Shown: positions 18,682 through 29,204, counted from the first letter of the stretch. The stretch: 64,000 nt of DNA from Clostridia bacterium (GCA_045589295.1 JAZNOU010000005.1:32001-96000), one strand, 5' to 3'. The notes: a model not told the origin generated them from the sequence alone. Numbers and translations: made by a program.

Positions 18682-18900
18682 TTTTTCCTCTCCTTATGCA
18701 TATCTTAACAATTATTCATTTTAACGTAAATTTATCAAACCCGCAAGTCATAATTTTTTCCACAAAATCCTTCTGCTTAACTTAAGTATAGCACAAAATT
18801 TTACTTTTTTCAATATTACACCCACAAGTGCAATTTCCACGTTTGTTTCTAAAACCAAGTGTTATACAGTGTATTTCTGCCCGTTTTAGTAAAAACAAAA

Positions 18901-18930
18901 AAAAGAAGAATCCATATGGATTCTTCTTTT
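18901..18930. terminator. terminator after tRNA-Lys
   Basis: perfect palindrome AAAAGAAGAATCCATATGGATTCTTCTTTT. Confidence 0.8.
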
Positions 18931-19006
18931 TGGTGAGCCATCGGAGAATCGAACTCCGGACACCATGATTAAAAGTCATGTGCTCTGCCATCTGAGCTAA
19001 TGGCCC
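18931..19006 (-). tRNA. tRNA-Lys (UUU)
   Basis: GGGCCATTAGCTCAG...CATGA-CTTTTAA-TCATG...GTTCGATTC...ACCA. Confidence 0.97.
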
Positions 19007-19035
19007 ATAGTGTCAATTTCCAACCAGAAAAAATA

Positions 19036-19110
19036 TGGCTGGGCTGGCAGGATTTGAACCTACGAATGTCAGAGTCAAAGTCTGATGCCTTACCCCTTGG
19101 CGACAGCCCA
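19036..19110 (-). tRNA. tRNA-Gln (UUG)
   Basis: TGGGCTGTCGCCAAG...TCAGA-CTTTGAC-TCTGA...GTTCAAATC...GCCA. Confidence 0.97.
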
Positions 19111-19143
19111 TTATTTATCGTGGTCTTAACTGACAGCTTTAAC

Positions 19144-19172
19144 AGTATACCAAATTTTTGAAACAATGTCAA
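19144..19172 (-). promoter_or_regulatory. sigma-A promoter of the tRNA-Gln/Lys pair
   Basis: TTGACA-N17-TATACT. Confidence 0.75.
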
Positions 19173-19293
19173 TACTTTTTTGTAAAAAATTTGACTTTTT
19201 TTATTTTTCAACACAAGATTGACTTTTATAGTTTTTTTTCATTATAATATCAAGTAGGCCACTTGCCTTATTATGCACAAAAGGAGGGTTTTT

Positions 19294-20493
19294 ATGAAAA
19301 CTATTTTACATTGTGACTGTAATTCTTTTTATGCCTCGGTAGAATGTGTTTTAAACCCAGAACTTAAAAATGTTCCTATGGCAGTTGGCGGTGATGCCCA
19401 AAACAGACACGGAATTATTCTTGCTAAAAATGACCTTGCAAAAAAGTTTGGTGTTAAAACAGCTGAAACAATCTGGCAAGCAAAAAAAAAGTGCCCCGAC
19501 CTTATAGTTGTGCCTCCCCATCACGAAATATATTCTGAAATTTCAAAAAAAGTAAACAAAATATATGAAAGATACACAGATCGCGTTGAAAAATTTGGAA
19601 TTGATGAAAGCTGGCTGGATGTAACAGGATCGGAACGTCTTTTCGGAAGCGGAAAACAAATCGCAGACAAGATACGATATGATGTAAAAAATGAGCTTGG
19701 AATTACTGTTTCTGTTGGTGTATCATTTAACAAAATTTTTGCAAAACTTGGAAGTGATTATAAAAAACCTGATGCTACAACAGTAATAGATAAAGAAAAT
19801 TTCAAAACCATTGTGTTTCCGTTGCCCGCAAGTGACCTTTTATATGTCGGAAAAAGTGCAGAAAAAGCTTTAGAAAGTGTTGGTATTAAAACAATTGGTG
19901 ACATTGCATCATCAAGCAGGGACGCCTTAAAACTGCTTTTAGGCAAAAGTGGCGAAATGCTATTTGATTATGCAATCGGTGAAGGCAGTGATTATGTTTC
20001 GTACACGATGGAAAATCAACCGCCAAAATCCATTGGCAACGGAATGACATTCAAACGTGATATTCTAAATATTGATGATTTAAAAAAGGGGCTTCTGGCG
20101 CTTTGCGATTTTATATCATCAAGAATGAAAAATCAATCCCTTAAAGTTTCAGGAATTTCTGTAACTTTAAAAGATACCGAATTTAAAACTGTTTCAAAGC
20201 AAAAAACACTTGATTTCCCTACAGATTCGCCCCAAAAACTATACACTCAGGCCTTATCACTAGTGCCTTATATATGGAACGGTGAAAAACCTTTACGTTC
20301 TTTAACCGTTACAGGCTTTGACGTCTCGGAAAGTTTAGCAAAAGGTCAGCTAAGTCTGTTTGAAGATGATGACCTAACAGAATTAAGACACGAAAAATTA
20401 GAAAATGCAGTAAACAGCGTGAGAAAAAGTTTTGGTAAAAGCAGTGTTATGTATGCAAGTATTATAGATAATGATTTAGGCATAATATTTTAA
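19294..20493 (+). CDS. dinB: DNA polymerase IV
   Basis: ILHCDCNSFYASVE, GIDESWLD, SFNKIFAKLGSD.KKPD, clamp motif QLSLF; AGGAGG RBS. Confidence 0.95.
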   Translation: MKTILHCDCNSFYASVECVLNPELKNVPMAVGGDAQNRHGIILAKNDLAKKFGVKTAETIWQAKKKCPDLIVVPPHHEIYSEISKKVNKIYERYTDRVEKFGIDESWLDVTGSERLFGSGKQIADKIRYDVKNELGITVSVGVSFNKIFAKLGSDYKKPDATTVIDKENFKTIVFPLPASDLLYVGKSAEKALESVGIKTIGDIASSSRDALKLLLGKSGEMLFDYAIGEGSDYVSYTMENQPPKSIGNGMTFKRDILNIDDLKKGLLALCDFISSRMKNQSLKVSGISVTLKDTEFKTVSKQKTLDFPTDSPQKLYTQALSLVPYIWNGEKPLRSLTVTGFDVSESLAKGQLSLFEDDDLTELRHEKLENAVNSVRKSFGKSSVMYASIIDNDLGIIF

Positions 20494-20520
20494 AAAGAGG
20501 ATGCAGATGCATCCTCTTTT
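20493..20520. terminator. bidirectional terminator
   Basis: AAAAGAGGATGCA-GA-TGCATCCTCTTTT. Confidence 0.75.
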
Positions 20521-21676
20521 ATGATTTATCAACATGAATAACCGCAAAATATTTATTGTTAAATTCCAAAATTTTCTGTTTTAAATTTTCAATTACAAAC
20601 TTATCAGAAAGACCAATCTCAAACGGAATTACAACATCAAAAATCACATTTGTATGTGTGTCTCCCGTAACAAGGCGAAAATCGTGTATTGATAGTCTGC
20701 TGTCTATTTCTTTTGCAATTTGCTCAACAATTTTTTTAGTTTCATTTATAACTTCATTATCTGTTTCAATAGGATCTAAATGAATAACCGCATCACACCC
20801 AAACCTTTCGCAAAGTTGTTTCTCAATAAGGTCAATCTGGTCGTGCAACTTTAAAATATCGCCGTCACAAGGAACCTCTGCATGTACACTCATCATAAAA
20901 CGCGTAGGTCCGTAGTTATGAATTATAAGGTCGTGCATACCTATAACTCCATCGCTTGACATAACAATTTTTTCTATCTCTTTAACAAGGTCTTCATCAG
21001 GTGCGTGCCCTAACAGTGGTGAAATGGCATCAGTGATTGTTTTATACCCTGTATAAATGATAAACAATGAAACCAGCACACCAATATATCCATCTATATT
21101 TAAATCACACATTTCAGAAACAAAAAGTCCCGTTATCACGGTTGTGGTAGCAACAGCATCACTTAGTGAATCTTTTGCCACAGCAAAAAGAGATTTTGAA
21201 TTAATTCTTTTACCGATTTTACGATTGAAAAAATACATCCATAGCTTTATGGCAACCGCCATCATAAGAATTAGCAATGAAATTTTATTAAATTCAACAT
21301 CTACAGGATTAAAAATTTTAGAAAACGAACTTTTAATAAGTTCAAATCCCATAAACAAGATAAGGACAGAAACAAAAAGCCCGCTTATGTATTCAACTCT
21401 GCCATGTCCGTAAGGATGGTCGTGGTCTGCAGGTTTACCCGACAGCTTAAAACCAATCAGTGTAATTATTGAAGATGCCGCATCCGAAAGGTTATTAAGA
21501 GCATCTGCCACAATACCCAACGAGCCAGAAACAAACCCTGCTATAAGCTTAAAAGCAAACAAAATAAAATTTAGAAATATCCCTGTTGCCCCTGATAAAA
21601 TACCATAATTTTTTCTTACTTTTTCATCTTTTATATTGTCTTTGTCTTTTATGAAAATTTTAAACAATAATTCCAT
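20519..21676 (-). CDS. cation diffusion facilitator family transporter
   Basis: ADALNNLSD, HPYGHGRVEY, HDLIIHNYG. Confidence 0.92.
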   Translation of the reverse strand: MELLFKIFIKDKDNIKDEKVRKNYGILSGATGIFLNFILFAFKLIAGFVSGSLGIVADALNNLSDAASSIITLIGFKLSGKPADHDHPYGHGRVEYISGLFVSVLILFMGFELIKSSFSKIFNPVDVEFNKISLLILMMAVAIKLWMYFFNRKIGKRINSKSLFAVAKDSLSDAVATTTVITGLFVSEMCDLNIDGYIGVLVSLFIIYTGYKTITDAISPLLGHAPDEDLVKEIEKIVMSSDGVIGMHDLIIHNYGPTRFMMSVHAEVPCDGDILKLHDQIDLIEKQLCERFGCDAVIHLDPIETDNEVINETKKIVEQIAKEIDSRLSIHDFRLVTGDTHTNVIFDVVIPFEIGLSDKFVIENLKQKILEFNNKYFAVIHVDKS

Positions 21677-21677
21677 A

Positions 21678-22634
21678 TTACACCCTATTATTTACAACAT
21701 TTAAGGGACTACCTTGCAAAAATGCTTTTAAGTTTGATGCAGCAAGGACCGCCACTCTTTGTCTTGCCTCGCGTGACGCCCATGCAGTATGAGGCGTAAT
21801 AATGCAATTTTTAGCTTTATAAAGCGGGTTGCTTTCAAGCATTGGTTCAGTTTCCAAAACATCCAAACCAGCACCTGCAATTTCACCCGAATTTAAAGCA
21901 GTTGCCAAATCTTCCTGATTTACTACACCGCCCCTTGCAGTATTAATAATATATGCACTTTTTTTCATAAGTGTCAATGTGCTTTTATTCACAAGTTCTT
22001 TCGTGCCCTCATTAAGCGGACAATTAAGACTTATGAAATCTGAATTCTTAAACAAATCTTCCTTGGACACAAACTCATATTCTTGTATTTCAGGAATTGT
22101 TCTTGTATGAACAATTACATTCATTCCAAAACATTTTGCTATTTGTGCAACCCTTTTCCCTATTGCTCCAAAGCCCACTACACCAAGAGTTTTACCAAAT
22201 ATTTCTGTTATCGGGAAATTAAAAAACGAAAATGTGGGGCTTTTAATCCAACCGCCATTTTGTGTAAACACATCATATTTATTTATACTACCTGCCAAAT
22301 TAAGCAAAAGAGCAAACACGTGCTGAACCACTGATTCTGTTGAATAATCAGGTGCATTACACACTACTATTCCTCTTTCATTTGCCGTTTTTAAATCAAC
22401 GTTGTTAAAACCCGTAGCAAAAAGTCCGATATATTTTAACTTAGCACATGCATTAATAAGCTCTTTATCAAAAACAGCTTTATTGCAAATAACATATTCT
22501 GCATCCTTTAAAACTTCAGGAAGTTCATTTTTAGGCAACACATTATAGTATTTAACATCCCCCAGTTCCTCAAATGCTGAAAAGTTAACATCTTCAAGCG
22601 TAACTGTATTTCTGTCAAGAACAATAATTTCCAT
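21678..22634 (-). CDS. D-2-hydroxyacid (glycerate-type) dehydrogenase
   Basis: ATGFNNVD, GFGAIG, INTARG, LDVLETEP, ITPHTAW. Confidence 0.92.
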   Translation of the reverse strand: MEIIVLDRNTVTLEDVNFSAFEELGDVKYYNVLPKNELPEVLKDAEYVICNKAVFDKELINACAKLKYIGLFATGFNNVDLKTANERGIVVCNAPDYSTESVVQHVFALLLNLAGSINKYDVFTQNGGWIKSPTFSFFNFPITEIFGKTLGVVGFGAIGKRVAQIAKCFGMNVIVHTRTIPEIQEYEFVSKEDLFKNSDFISLNCPLNEGTKELVNKSTLTLMKKSAYIINTARGGVVNQEDLATALNSGEIAGAGLDVLETEPMLESNPLYKAKNCIITPHTAWASREARQRVAVLAASNLKAFLQGSPLNVVNNRV

Positions 22635-22637
22635 TTT

Positions 22638-23549
22638 TTACTCCTTACTTTTCAGTACATCCATAACCTTTTTAAATTCTTGTGGGACCGGTGCATCAAA
22701 CTCAATATACTCACCGCTTGACGGATGATTAAACCCTAAGACACCCGCATGAAGCATTTGTCCGCTTATGCCAAGTTTATTTTTATCACCGTACACCAAA
22801 TCACCAAGCAGCGGATGTCCGATATATGACATATGAACTCTTATCTGATGCGTTCTTCCTGTTTCTAACCTGCACTTTATAAGGCTGTATTTTGAATATT
22901 CTTCCAAAACTTCAAAATGCGTTACTGCACTTTTAGAATTTTTGTCAGTAACTGCCATTTTTTTTCGTTGAACAGGGTGTCTGCCTATAGGTGCATTAAC
23001 TGTTCCTGAAGTTTCTTTAAATTTTCCGTTTACCACAGCAGTATACACTCTTGTTATTGAGTGCACTTTAAACTGTTCAGAAAGATTTAAGTGGGAAGCA
23101 TCATTTTTAGCAATTACCAACAAGCCTGATGTGTCTTTATCAATTCTGTGGACTATCCCCGGTCTGATTACCGAATTTATTCCTGATAATTTTCCTTCGC
23201 AATGTTTCATAACAGCATTAACCAAAGTGTTATCAGGATTGCCTGGTGCTGGATGAACGACCATCCCTGCACTTTTGTTCACAACTAAAATATCATTGTC
23301 TTCATAAACTATATCAATCGGAATATCCTGCGGACATGCATCCAAAACCTTAACCTCAGGCATTGTATATTCAATTTTATCTCCTGTTTTTAACGAATAA
23401 CTTGCTTTCTGAGGCTCGCCGTTTACCAAAACTAAACCTTCAGTGATCATATTTTGCACAAATGAACGGGTTTTTGACATTTCCCCTGATAAAAACTTAT
23501 CAAGTCTCTCCCCGCTTAATTCACTTATCAAAACCAAACACATCACCAT
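22638..23549 (-). CDS. rluD: RluA/RluD-family 23S rRNA pseudouridine synthase
   Basis: S4 domain GERLDKFL, GIVHRIDKDTSGL, LETGRTHQIRVH; start uncertain. Confidence 0.92.
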   Translation of the reverse strand: MVMCLVLISELSGERLDKFLSGEMSKTRSFVQNMITEGLVLVNGEPQKASYSLKTGDKIEYTMPEVKVLDACPQDIPIDIVYEDNDILVVNKSAGMVVHPAPGNPDNTLVNAVMKHCEGKLSGINSVIRPGIVHRIDKDTSGLLVIAKNDASHLNLSEQFKVHSITRVYTAVVNGKFKETSGTVNAPIGRHPVQRKKMAVTDKNSKSAVTHFEVLEEYSKYSLIKCRLETGRTHQIRVHMSYIGHPLLGDLVYGDKNKLGISGQMLHAGVLGFNHPSSGEYIEFDAPVPQEFKKVMDVLKSKE

Positions 23550-23988
23550 CTTTTGAAAACAAAATCACTATTACTAACAATACTGCACCAACACAAACAA
23601 AAACATCTGCCAGATTAAACACAGGAAAATCAAAAAATCCAAATTCCAAGAAATCAACAACAAACCCGTAATACAACTTATCGATAATATTACCTACTGC
23701 TCCTGATATAATCAAATTGAGCGAGAAAGTCAAAAGCTTTTTGTTAAACTTTATTGCTTTCACCAAATAATATATACATACTGCCACAATTATAGCGCTT
23801 ACAGGAACAACTATATAGTTCATTCCTTTAAGCATCCCAAATGCTATCCCAGTATTTTCAACATATGTAAGATTAAAAATGCCGTCAAGCACTTTTACCG
23901 AACTTATCGGCATAAGATACTTGACCGCAAGATATTTTGTGAATCTGTCTGATAAAACAAACAAAATCAAATATATTATGTTTATCAT
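23521..23988 (-). CDS. lspA: signal peptidase II
   Basis: NTGIAFG, GAVGNIID, VVDF, FPVFNLAD. Confidence 0.94.
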   Translation of the reverse strand: MINIIYLILFVLSDRFTKYLAVKYLMPISSVKVLDGIFNLTYVENTGIAFGMLKGMNYIVVPVSAIIVAVCIYYLVKAIKFNKKLLTFSLNLIISGAVGNIIDKLYYGFVVDFLEFGFFDFPVFNLADVFVCVGAVLLVIVILFSKDGDVFGFDK

Positions 23989-24008
23989 TTTATGTCCTTC
24001 TTTTTGAA

Positions 24009-24455
24009 TCAGTCGTTAAACATTTCATCAACAAGTGTCTTTTGAGCAGTAAGCAGTGCTTCAAACTTTGTTTTGTAAATGTTAATTTCATTTTTAAGTT
24101 CTTCTAGTTTTCTTTCCTGCTCTAAAACTTTGTTTTGCGCGTCAGTTGTTATCTGGGAAGCTTTAAGTTCTGCTTCTTTTACCAAAAGTTCTGCCTTTTC
24201 TGTCGCACTTTTTTTAACATCATCTGCTGTATTTTGTGCAAATCTTAATGTTGTCTGCATCGAGTCTTCCATAGCAATGTACTTTCTTAAAGATTCGTTA
24301 AGATTTGAAAGTTTGTCCTTTAAATCAATATTCTCTCTGTAAATTTTTTCGTACGCATCAGATACCTCAAGCATAAACTCATCTACCAAAAGTCTGTCAT
24401 AACCAGACATTTTTTTAGGAAATTCTTTGTTCTGAATATCTACAGGTGTAATCAT
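24009..24455 (-). CDS. divIVA: DivIVA
   Basis: MITPVDIQNKEF..GYD...VDEF followed by coiled coil. Confidence 0.93.
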   Translation of the reverse strand: MITPVDIQNKEFPKKMSGYDRLLVDEFMLEVSDAYEKIYRENIDLKDKLSNLNESLRKYIAMEDSMQTTLRFAQNTADDVKKSATEKAELLVKEAELKASQITTDAQNKVLEQERKLEELKNEINIYKTKFEALLTAQKTLVDEMFND

Positions 24456-24473
24456 ATAAACCGCTCACTTTCT

Positions 24474-24752
24474 TTAAAAAATATATTTTATAATTGTTAT
24501 TAAAACAGGTACTATTACATAATCTAAAACACACCACACCAAAATAGGTGAAAAATCTACCATCAACTGTCTTCCAAAAATTCTGCTTAAAAGTTGTCTT
24601 GCAGGTGCTAAAACGGGTTCTGTAACAGAATATATAAAATTTGTAAATTTATTATAAGGAACATTGAAAATTTGCAGAATAATCCTTACTAAAATAAGGT
24701 ATTCTACAACTTCTGATAAAATCATAACTGTTCTTATAATATTGTATTCCAA
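24474..24752 (-). CDS. YggT/YlmG family membrane protein
   Basis: VTEPVLAPAR, DFSPIL; between sepF and divIVA. Confidence 0.88.
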   Translation of the reverse strand: MEYNIIRTVMILSEVVEYLILVRIILQIFNVPYNKFTNFIYSVTEPVLAPARQLLSRIFGRQLMVDFSPILVWCVLDYVIVPVLITIIKYIF

Positions 24753-24772
24753 ACCAATATCCTCCTAATTTG

Positions 24773-25216
24773 TTATTCCCAGGGGAACAATCCCTTTGAT
24801 CTTAATTCATCCTGCAAATCACCTGTAATTTCTACGTTGTATGGTGTGACAAGAAGAATCACTTTTGAAATTTTCTGAATTCCTCCGTCTATGGCATAAA
24901 CCACACCGCTGATAAAATCAATCATTCTTCTTATCATTTCAGGGTCAGTTCTTTCCATATTGACTACAACAGGTTTTTTAGACTTCAAATGGTCTGCAAT
25001 ATCAATTACGTCATCGAACTTTTGTGCGTGCATAACCACCACCTGAAACTGTGTGGTTGCATGAATATCAACAATTTTTCCTTTTCTGGCATGCTGAACC
25101 AAACTTACGTTGCTTTTTCTTTCAGGAAGTTTGGGTTCTGTTTCCAATAAAAATTCTTCTTCCTCTTCCTCACGATCAAGCCCCATAAAACCAAGCATTT
25201 TGTTCATAAAATCCAT
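24773..25216 (-). CDS. sepF: cell division protein SepF
   Basis: PVVVN, RMIDFISGVVYAIDG.IQKI, TPYNV. Confidence 0.93.
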   Translation of the reverse strand: MDFMNKMLGFMGLDREEEEEEFLLETEPKLPERKSNVSLVQHARKGKIVDIHATTQFQVVVMHAQKFDDVIDIADHLKSKKPVVVNMERTDPEMIRRMIDFISGVVYAIDGGIQKISKVILLVTPYNVEITGDLQDELRSKGLFPWE

Positions 25217-25235
25217 TATTTACACCCCATAAACT

Positions 25236-26432
25236 TTATTTTATCAATTTATTGTTTTCAACGTCACCTTTTACAATAATTTCATCGTACAGCGACACGC
25301 TTTTATATTCTGTAACATTATTTTTAACAACAACATATTTGTCATCGCTTCCTAAAATTTCAACCTGTCTGAATTTTGCCACAGAATCATCTGCTATATA
25401 AACACCTGTAACAGAATCTTCAACTCTTACAGCGTCCTTTAAGAACTTAAGTCCTGTTGCACTGTTTATTATAACACTTACTTTGGCATTTCTCGTTGAA
25501 TACGCATAATCATTATAACTGTACACTTCAAAGGCAACAACAGTTTTACCGCCATCATCTTTTGACATATAAAAAACCTGAGCCTTTGTTTCCTTGTTAC
25601 TGTTTTCATTAAAGCGCAATTTTACGTTCATACCTTTTTTTATCGCCATAGCCTTTTTTGTGTCAATAACAGTAACGTAATACCATTTAAAATCGCGCAC
25701 TATTTTTGCACCGGTATAAATCTTATCATCAAAGGATGCGTTGTTTATATCCTTATATTCTTTAACTGTAAGCGTTTGTATTTTTTCAGGAAGCAACACT
25801 TTTTCACCGCCATCTAAAAACGAAAAATACATTCCCGCTTCAGCAGCATATAGTGCATTTTTCTCACCTGAAATACCCGCTTCTAATTCTTTTTTTTGAT
25901 TTTTAAGTGTGTCTAAAACACTTGCGCTTTTATCATCAGATAGTTTTTCATCTATCACTGTTTCAATGTCTGACTTAATCTCAGAAAGCTGTATACCTTG
26001 TCCACGATGAGCATATTTTATTATTTCAGCAGCTTTGCTTTTAACAAGTGCTTCGCTTTTTACACTGTCATTACCAAGAATTTTATTTTGTGCAGCACTT
26101 TTTTCAATATTTATAATTCTTTCATTAAGTGTTTTAAGCTTTGCTTTTGTCTCGGGGTCAACCGACGCACTGTAAACAACCGCAACCTGCTGCCCTTTCT
26201 TAACTCTTTCACCATCTGCCACAAGACTGTCAATAACAGTTCCTGAGTTGTCGGCAATAACAAGTTCATCACGCAAGATATATCCGTTTGTTTCTATCAA
26301 ATCTTCAATTGTACCTAACACCGCAATTTGCTTTTTTACACTGCCGAATATTTTATAATATGCACTATACACACCTAAAACAAGGCACACGCATAAAAGC
26401 ACAATTATAACAGCTCTATATGGAAACTTCAT
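25236..26432 (-). CDS. HlyD-like membrane-fusion/adaptor-fold protein
   Basis: N-terminal TM helix, lipoyl-like halves (DGERVKKGQQVA; LYAAEAG) around a coiled coil, C-terminal beta domains. Confidence 0.75.
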   Translation of the reverse strand: MKFPYRAVIIVLLCVCLVLGVYSAYYKIFGSVKKQIAVLGTIEDLIETNGYILRDELVIADNSGTVIDSLVADGERVKKGQQVAVVYSASVDPETKAKLKTLNERIINIEKSAAQNKILGNDSVKSEALVKSKAAEIIKYAHRGQGIQLSEIKSDIETVIDEKLSDDKSASVLDTLKNQKKELEAGISGEKNALYAAEAGMYFSFLDGGEKVLLPEKIQTLTVKEYKDINNASFDDKIYTGAKIVRDFKWYYVTVIDTKKAMAIKKGMNVKLRFNENSNKETKAQVFYMSKDDGGKTVVAFEVYSYNDYAYSTRNAKVSVIINSATGLKFLKDAVRVEDSVTGVYIADDSVAKFRQVEILGSDDKYVVVKNNVTEYKSVSLYDEIIVKGDVENNKLIK

Positions 26433-26476
26433 TTTGTGCACCATTCCTTATTGTATTAATTATACTATACAACTTA

Positions 26477-27409
26477 TCACAATTCCATAGTTTTTTTAAA
26501 TATTTCAATAATTTTTTTGTCAGAAATATCAACCCATGTCGTATTTTGCTCTCTTTTGAACCATGTTATCTGACGTTTGGCATAATTTCTTGTCGCTTTT
26601 TTCAAAAGTTCTGTCATTTCAATATACGACAAACTTCCGTTAAGATACGTTAAAACCTCTTTATAGCCTATTGCCTGCATAGACGTATACCTTTGGTCAA
26701 CACCCTTTTTCAAAAGCTCTTCAACTTCCGTAACCAGACCTTTTTCAAACATCTTGTCAACTCTTTTATTTATTCTTTCATAAAGAGCCTCTCGGTCAGT
26801 TGAAATTCCAAACTTGAATATTTGATATTTACTTTCTGTTGTTTTGCCCTTTTCTATATGCTCGCTTTGCTTTACTCCTGTTGTTTTAAAAAACTCAAGC
26901 GCTCTTATTACCCTCTTTAAATTATTAGGGTGAATATTTTGTGCTGATTTTTCGTCAACTTCTTTTAAAAGGTTATAAACATAATCATTGCCATTTTGTT
27001 GTGCCAAGGCATAAAGATTTTCTCTGTACTGCTCATCATTTTTTGTTTCACTCAAAACAGTTCCGTTAATTAATGTATCAATATAAAGTCCCGTTCCTCC
27101 TGCAAGAATTGGAATTTTTCCGTTTTTCCACACATTTTGTATAACTGTTTCAGCCTCTTTAACATATCTTGCCAAAGAATAGTTTTCTGTCGGCTCCGCA
27201 ACATCAATCATATAATGGGCAATACCTTGCATTTCCTCAATTGTAGGTTTTGCTGTTCCAATATCCATTCCTTTATATACCTGCATAGAATCTGCAGTTA
27301 TAATCTCGCCATTAACGTTTTTTGCAACCTTAACCGCCAAATCGCTTTTTCCTGATGCCGTAGGTCCAAATATAACAATCAACGGTATTTTTTCGCATTT
27401 GCTACACAA
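26477..27409 (-). CDS. miaA: tRNA dimethylallyltransferase
   Basis: GPTASGKS, DSMQVY, GGTGLY, QAIGYKE, YAKRQITW; probable TTG start overlapping the mutL stop. Confidence 0.95.
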   Translation of the reverse strand: MCSKCEKIPLIVIFGPTASGKSDLAVKVAKNVNGEIITADSMQVYKGMDIGTAKPTIEEMQGIAHYMIDVAEPTENYSLARYVKEAETVIQNVWKNGKIPILAGGTGLYIDTLINGTVLSETKNDEQYRENLYALAQQNGNDYVYNLLKEVDEKSAQNIHPNNLKRVIRALEFFKTTGVKQSEHIEKGKTTESKYQIFKFGISTDREALYERINKRVDKMFEKGLVTEVEELLKKGVDQRYTSMQAIGYKEVLTYLNGSLSYIEMTELLKKATRNYAKRQITWFKREQNTTWVDISDKKIIEIFKKTMEL

Positions 27410-29204
27410 TTCTTTTAAATTCCTTTTCGATAAATTTTTTGTCAAAAGAAATAATAACAGGTCTTCCGTGAGGACAGGTTCTTATCTTTTCATCGTTTAA
27501 AACTGTATCGGCTAAGCTTTGCATTTCTGCAACACTTAGTTTTCTGTTGGCTTTTATTGCGCCTTTGCAGGCAACCGAAAACATTGCTTTGTCATATATT
27601 TCCGTAGCATCTTTTGATTTTTTTAAAAGCTCTAAAATTTCAAACACAGTTTCTTGTACCTGAACTGCCTCTATTTCAGAAGGTGTTCTTCTTACTGCAA
27701 AAGTATTCTGACCAAATTCTTCAATTTCAAAACCTAATTTTTCAAAGATTTCCATATTTTCAATTAAAATTTCACAGTCTGTTGGCAACATACTGAATGT
27801 TTCAGGGAACATAAGCAGCTGTGAAACCTCTTCTCTTGAGTCTTTAAGTTGTTCATATCTTATTCGCTCATGAGCTGCGTGCTGGTCAATCAAAAACATT
27901 TTATTGTCGTTTTCTACAATTATATAAGTGTCAAACACCTGACCGCACACCTTAAAGCTAACCTTTTCCTCAAGTATTAATGCCTTATTTTCAGGTTCTG
28001 CCAGAACAGGAACTTCTTCAAAAGTTATATTTTCAAAAACTTCTTGTTTTTCCTCGTTTTTAAAAGCGTCTATAATATCTTTTGCAAAAAAGTCTTCAAT
28101 TTTTGTTTCTTTTTGAGAAAATGTATTAGGCTTAAACTCAAAAGGCTTTGCTTCTTTTTTTACAAATTCAAAAGTTTCTTTTACTGTTTCTTGCCTCTTT
28201 ACTTCTTTTTCCTTAGTAGAGTTAAATATTGCATTTTGTACTGCCCACGAAACTGCATCTGAAATCTTTCTTTCGTTAGAAAACTTAATTTCAAGCTTTG
28301 ACGGATGAACATTGACATCAACTTGTGAGCTGTCTATTTCAATATTTAGTATAAGTACAGGAAATCTACCCGTCATAAGCATTGTTCTGTATGCATTCTC
28401 TGCTGCATAACAAATAGTCTTTGATCTCACCCATCTGCCATTTACATAAAAGTTCTGCATAGCTCTGTTTTGTCTTGCACTATATGGCATTCCAACCGCA
28501 CCTGTGACTTTTACACCCTCGTATTCATAATTCACTTCAATGAGAGATGATGCCACTTCATTCCCCCAGACAGATGCTGCTGCATCTTTGATACTACCAT
28601 TTCCTGAAGAAAATCTTATTTCTCTGCCTGTATTTAAATATTTAAATGAGATGTCCGGATTGCCTAAAATTAGCCTGTCTACAGTTTCTGCAATGTGTGC
28701 CGCCTCTGTTACATCTTTTTTCAAAAAATTCATTCTTGCAGGAGTGTTATAAAAAAGCTCTCTTACAATCATTGTTGTACCATCCGGGCAACCCGCCTCT
28801 GATTTTGAAACAATTTTACCGCCTTCTAATGACAAAACCGTTCCTTCAATTTGGCCTATAGCTTTTGTGATAACGTCTACCTTTGCAACTGAGGCAATTG
28901 ATGCTAAAGCTTCACCTCTAAACCCCATTGTGTAAAGCTTGTAAAGGTCATCAATTGATTTTATCTTGCTTGTTGAGTGAGGCAAAAACGCTGTTTCAAC
29001 ATCATCTTTATCAATACCTGAGCCATTATCTGTAATTCTTATAAAAGAAATGCCGCCATTTTTAATTTCAACGGTTATTGAATCTGCTCCCGCGTCAATA
29101 GAATTTTCCACCAATTCCTTGACAACAGAAGCAGGGCGCTCTACAACCTCGCCCGCCGCAATCTTATTAACAGTTTCAATATCAAGTACGTTAATTTTTC
29201 CCAC
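27402..29204 (-). CDS. mutL: DNA mismatch repair endonuclease MutL
   Basis: IAAGEVVERP, GFRGEAL, DQHAAHER, ACK, CPHGRP. Confidence 0.97.
   Translation of the reverse strand: MGKINVLDIETVNKIAAGEVVERPASVVKELVENSIDAGADSITVEIKNGGISFIRITDNGSGIDKDDVETAFLPHSTSKIKSIDDLYKLYTMGFRGEALASIASVAKVDVITKAIGQIEGTVLSLEGGKIVSKSEAGCPDGTTMIVRELFYNTPARMNFLKKDVTEAAHIAETVDRLILGNPDISFKYLNTGREIRFSSGNGSIKDAAASVWGNEVASSLIEVNYEYEGVKVTGAVGMPYSARQNRAMQNFYVNGRWVRSKTICYAAENAYRTMLMTGRFPVLILNIEIDSSQVDVNVHPSKLEIKFSNERKISDAVSWAVQNAIFNSTKEKEVKRQETVKETFEFVKKEAKPFEFKPNTFSQKETKIEDFFAKDIIDAFKNEEKQEVFENITFEEVPVLAEPENKALILEEKVSFKVCGQVFDTYIIVENDNKMFLIDQHAAHERIRYEQLKDSREEVSQLLMFPETFSMLPTDCEILIENMEIFEKLGFEIEEFGQNTFAVRRTPSEIEAVQVQETVFEILELLKKSKDATEIYDKAMFSVACKGAIKANRKLSVAEMQSLADTVLNDEKIRTCPHGRPVIISFDKKFIEKEFKRIV

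Noticed and set aside
18716-18763. Possible 15-codon uORF upstream of fprA (GTG start, MEKIMTCGFDKFTLK)
   Set aside because: SD spacing of only 4 nt and no associated structure; too weak to support
18782-19214. Two short minus-strand ORFs (69 and 81 aa)
   Set aside because: They overlap the tRNA-Lys and tRNA-Gln genes
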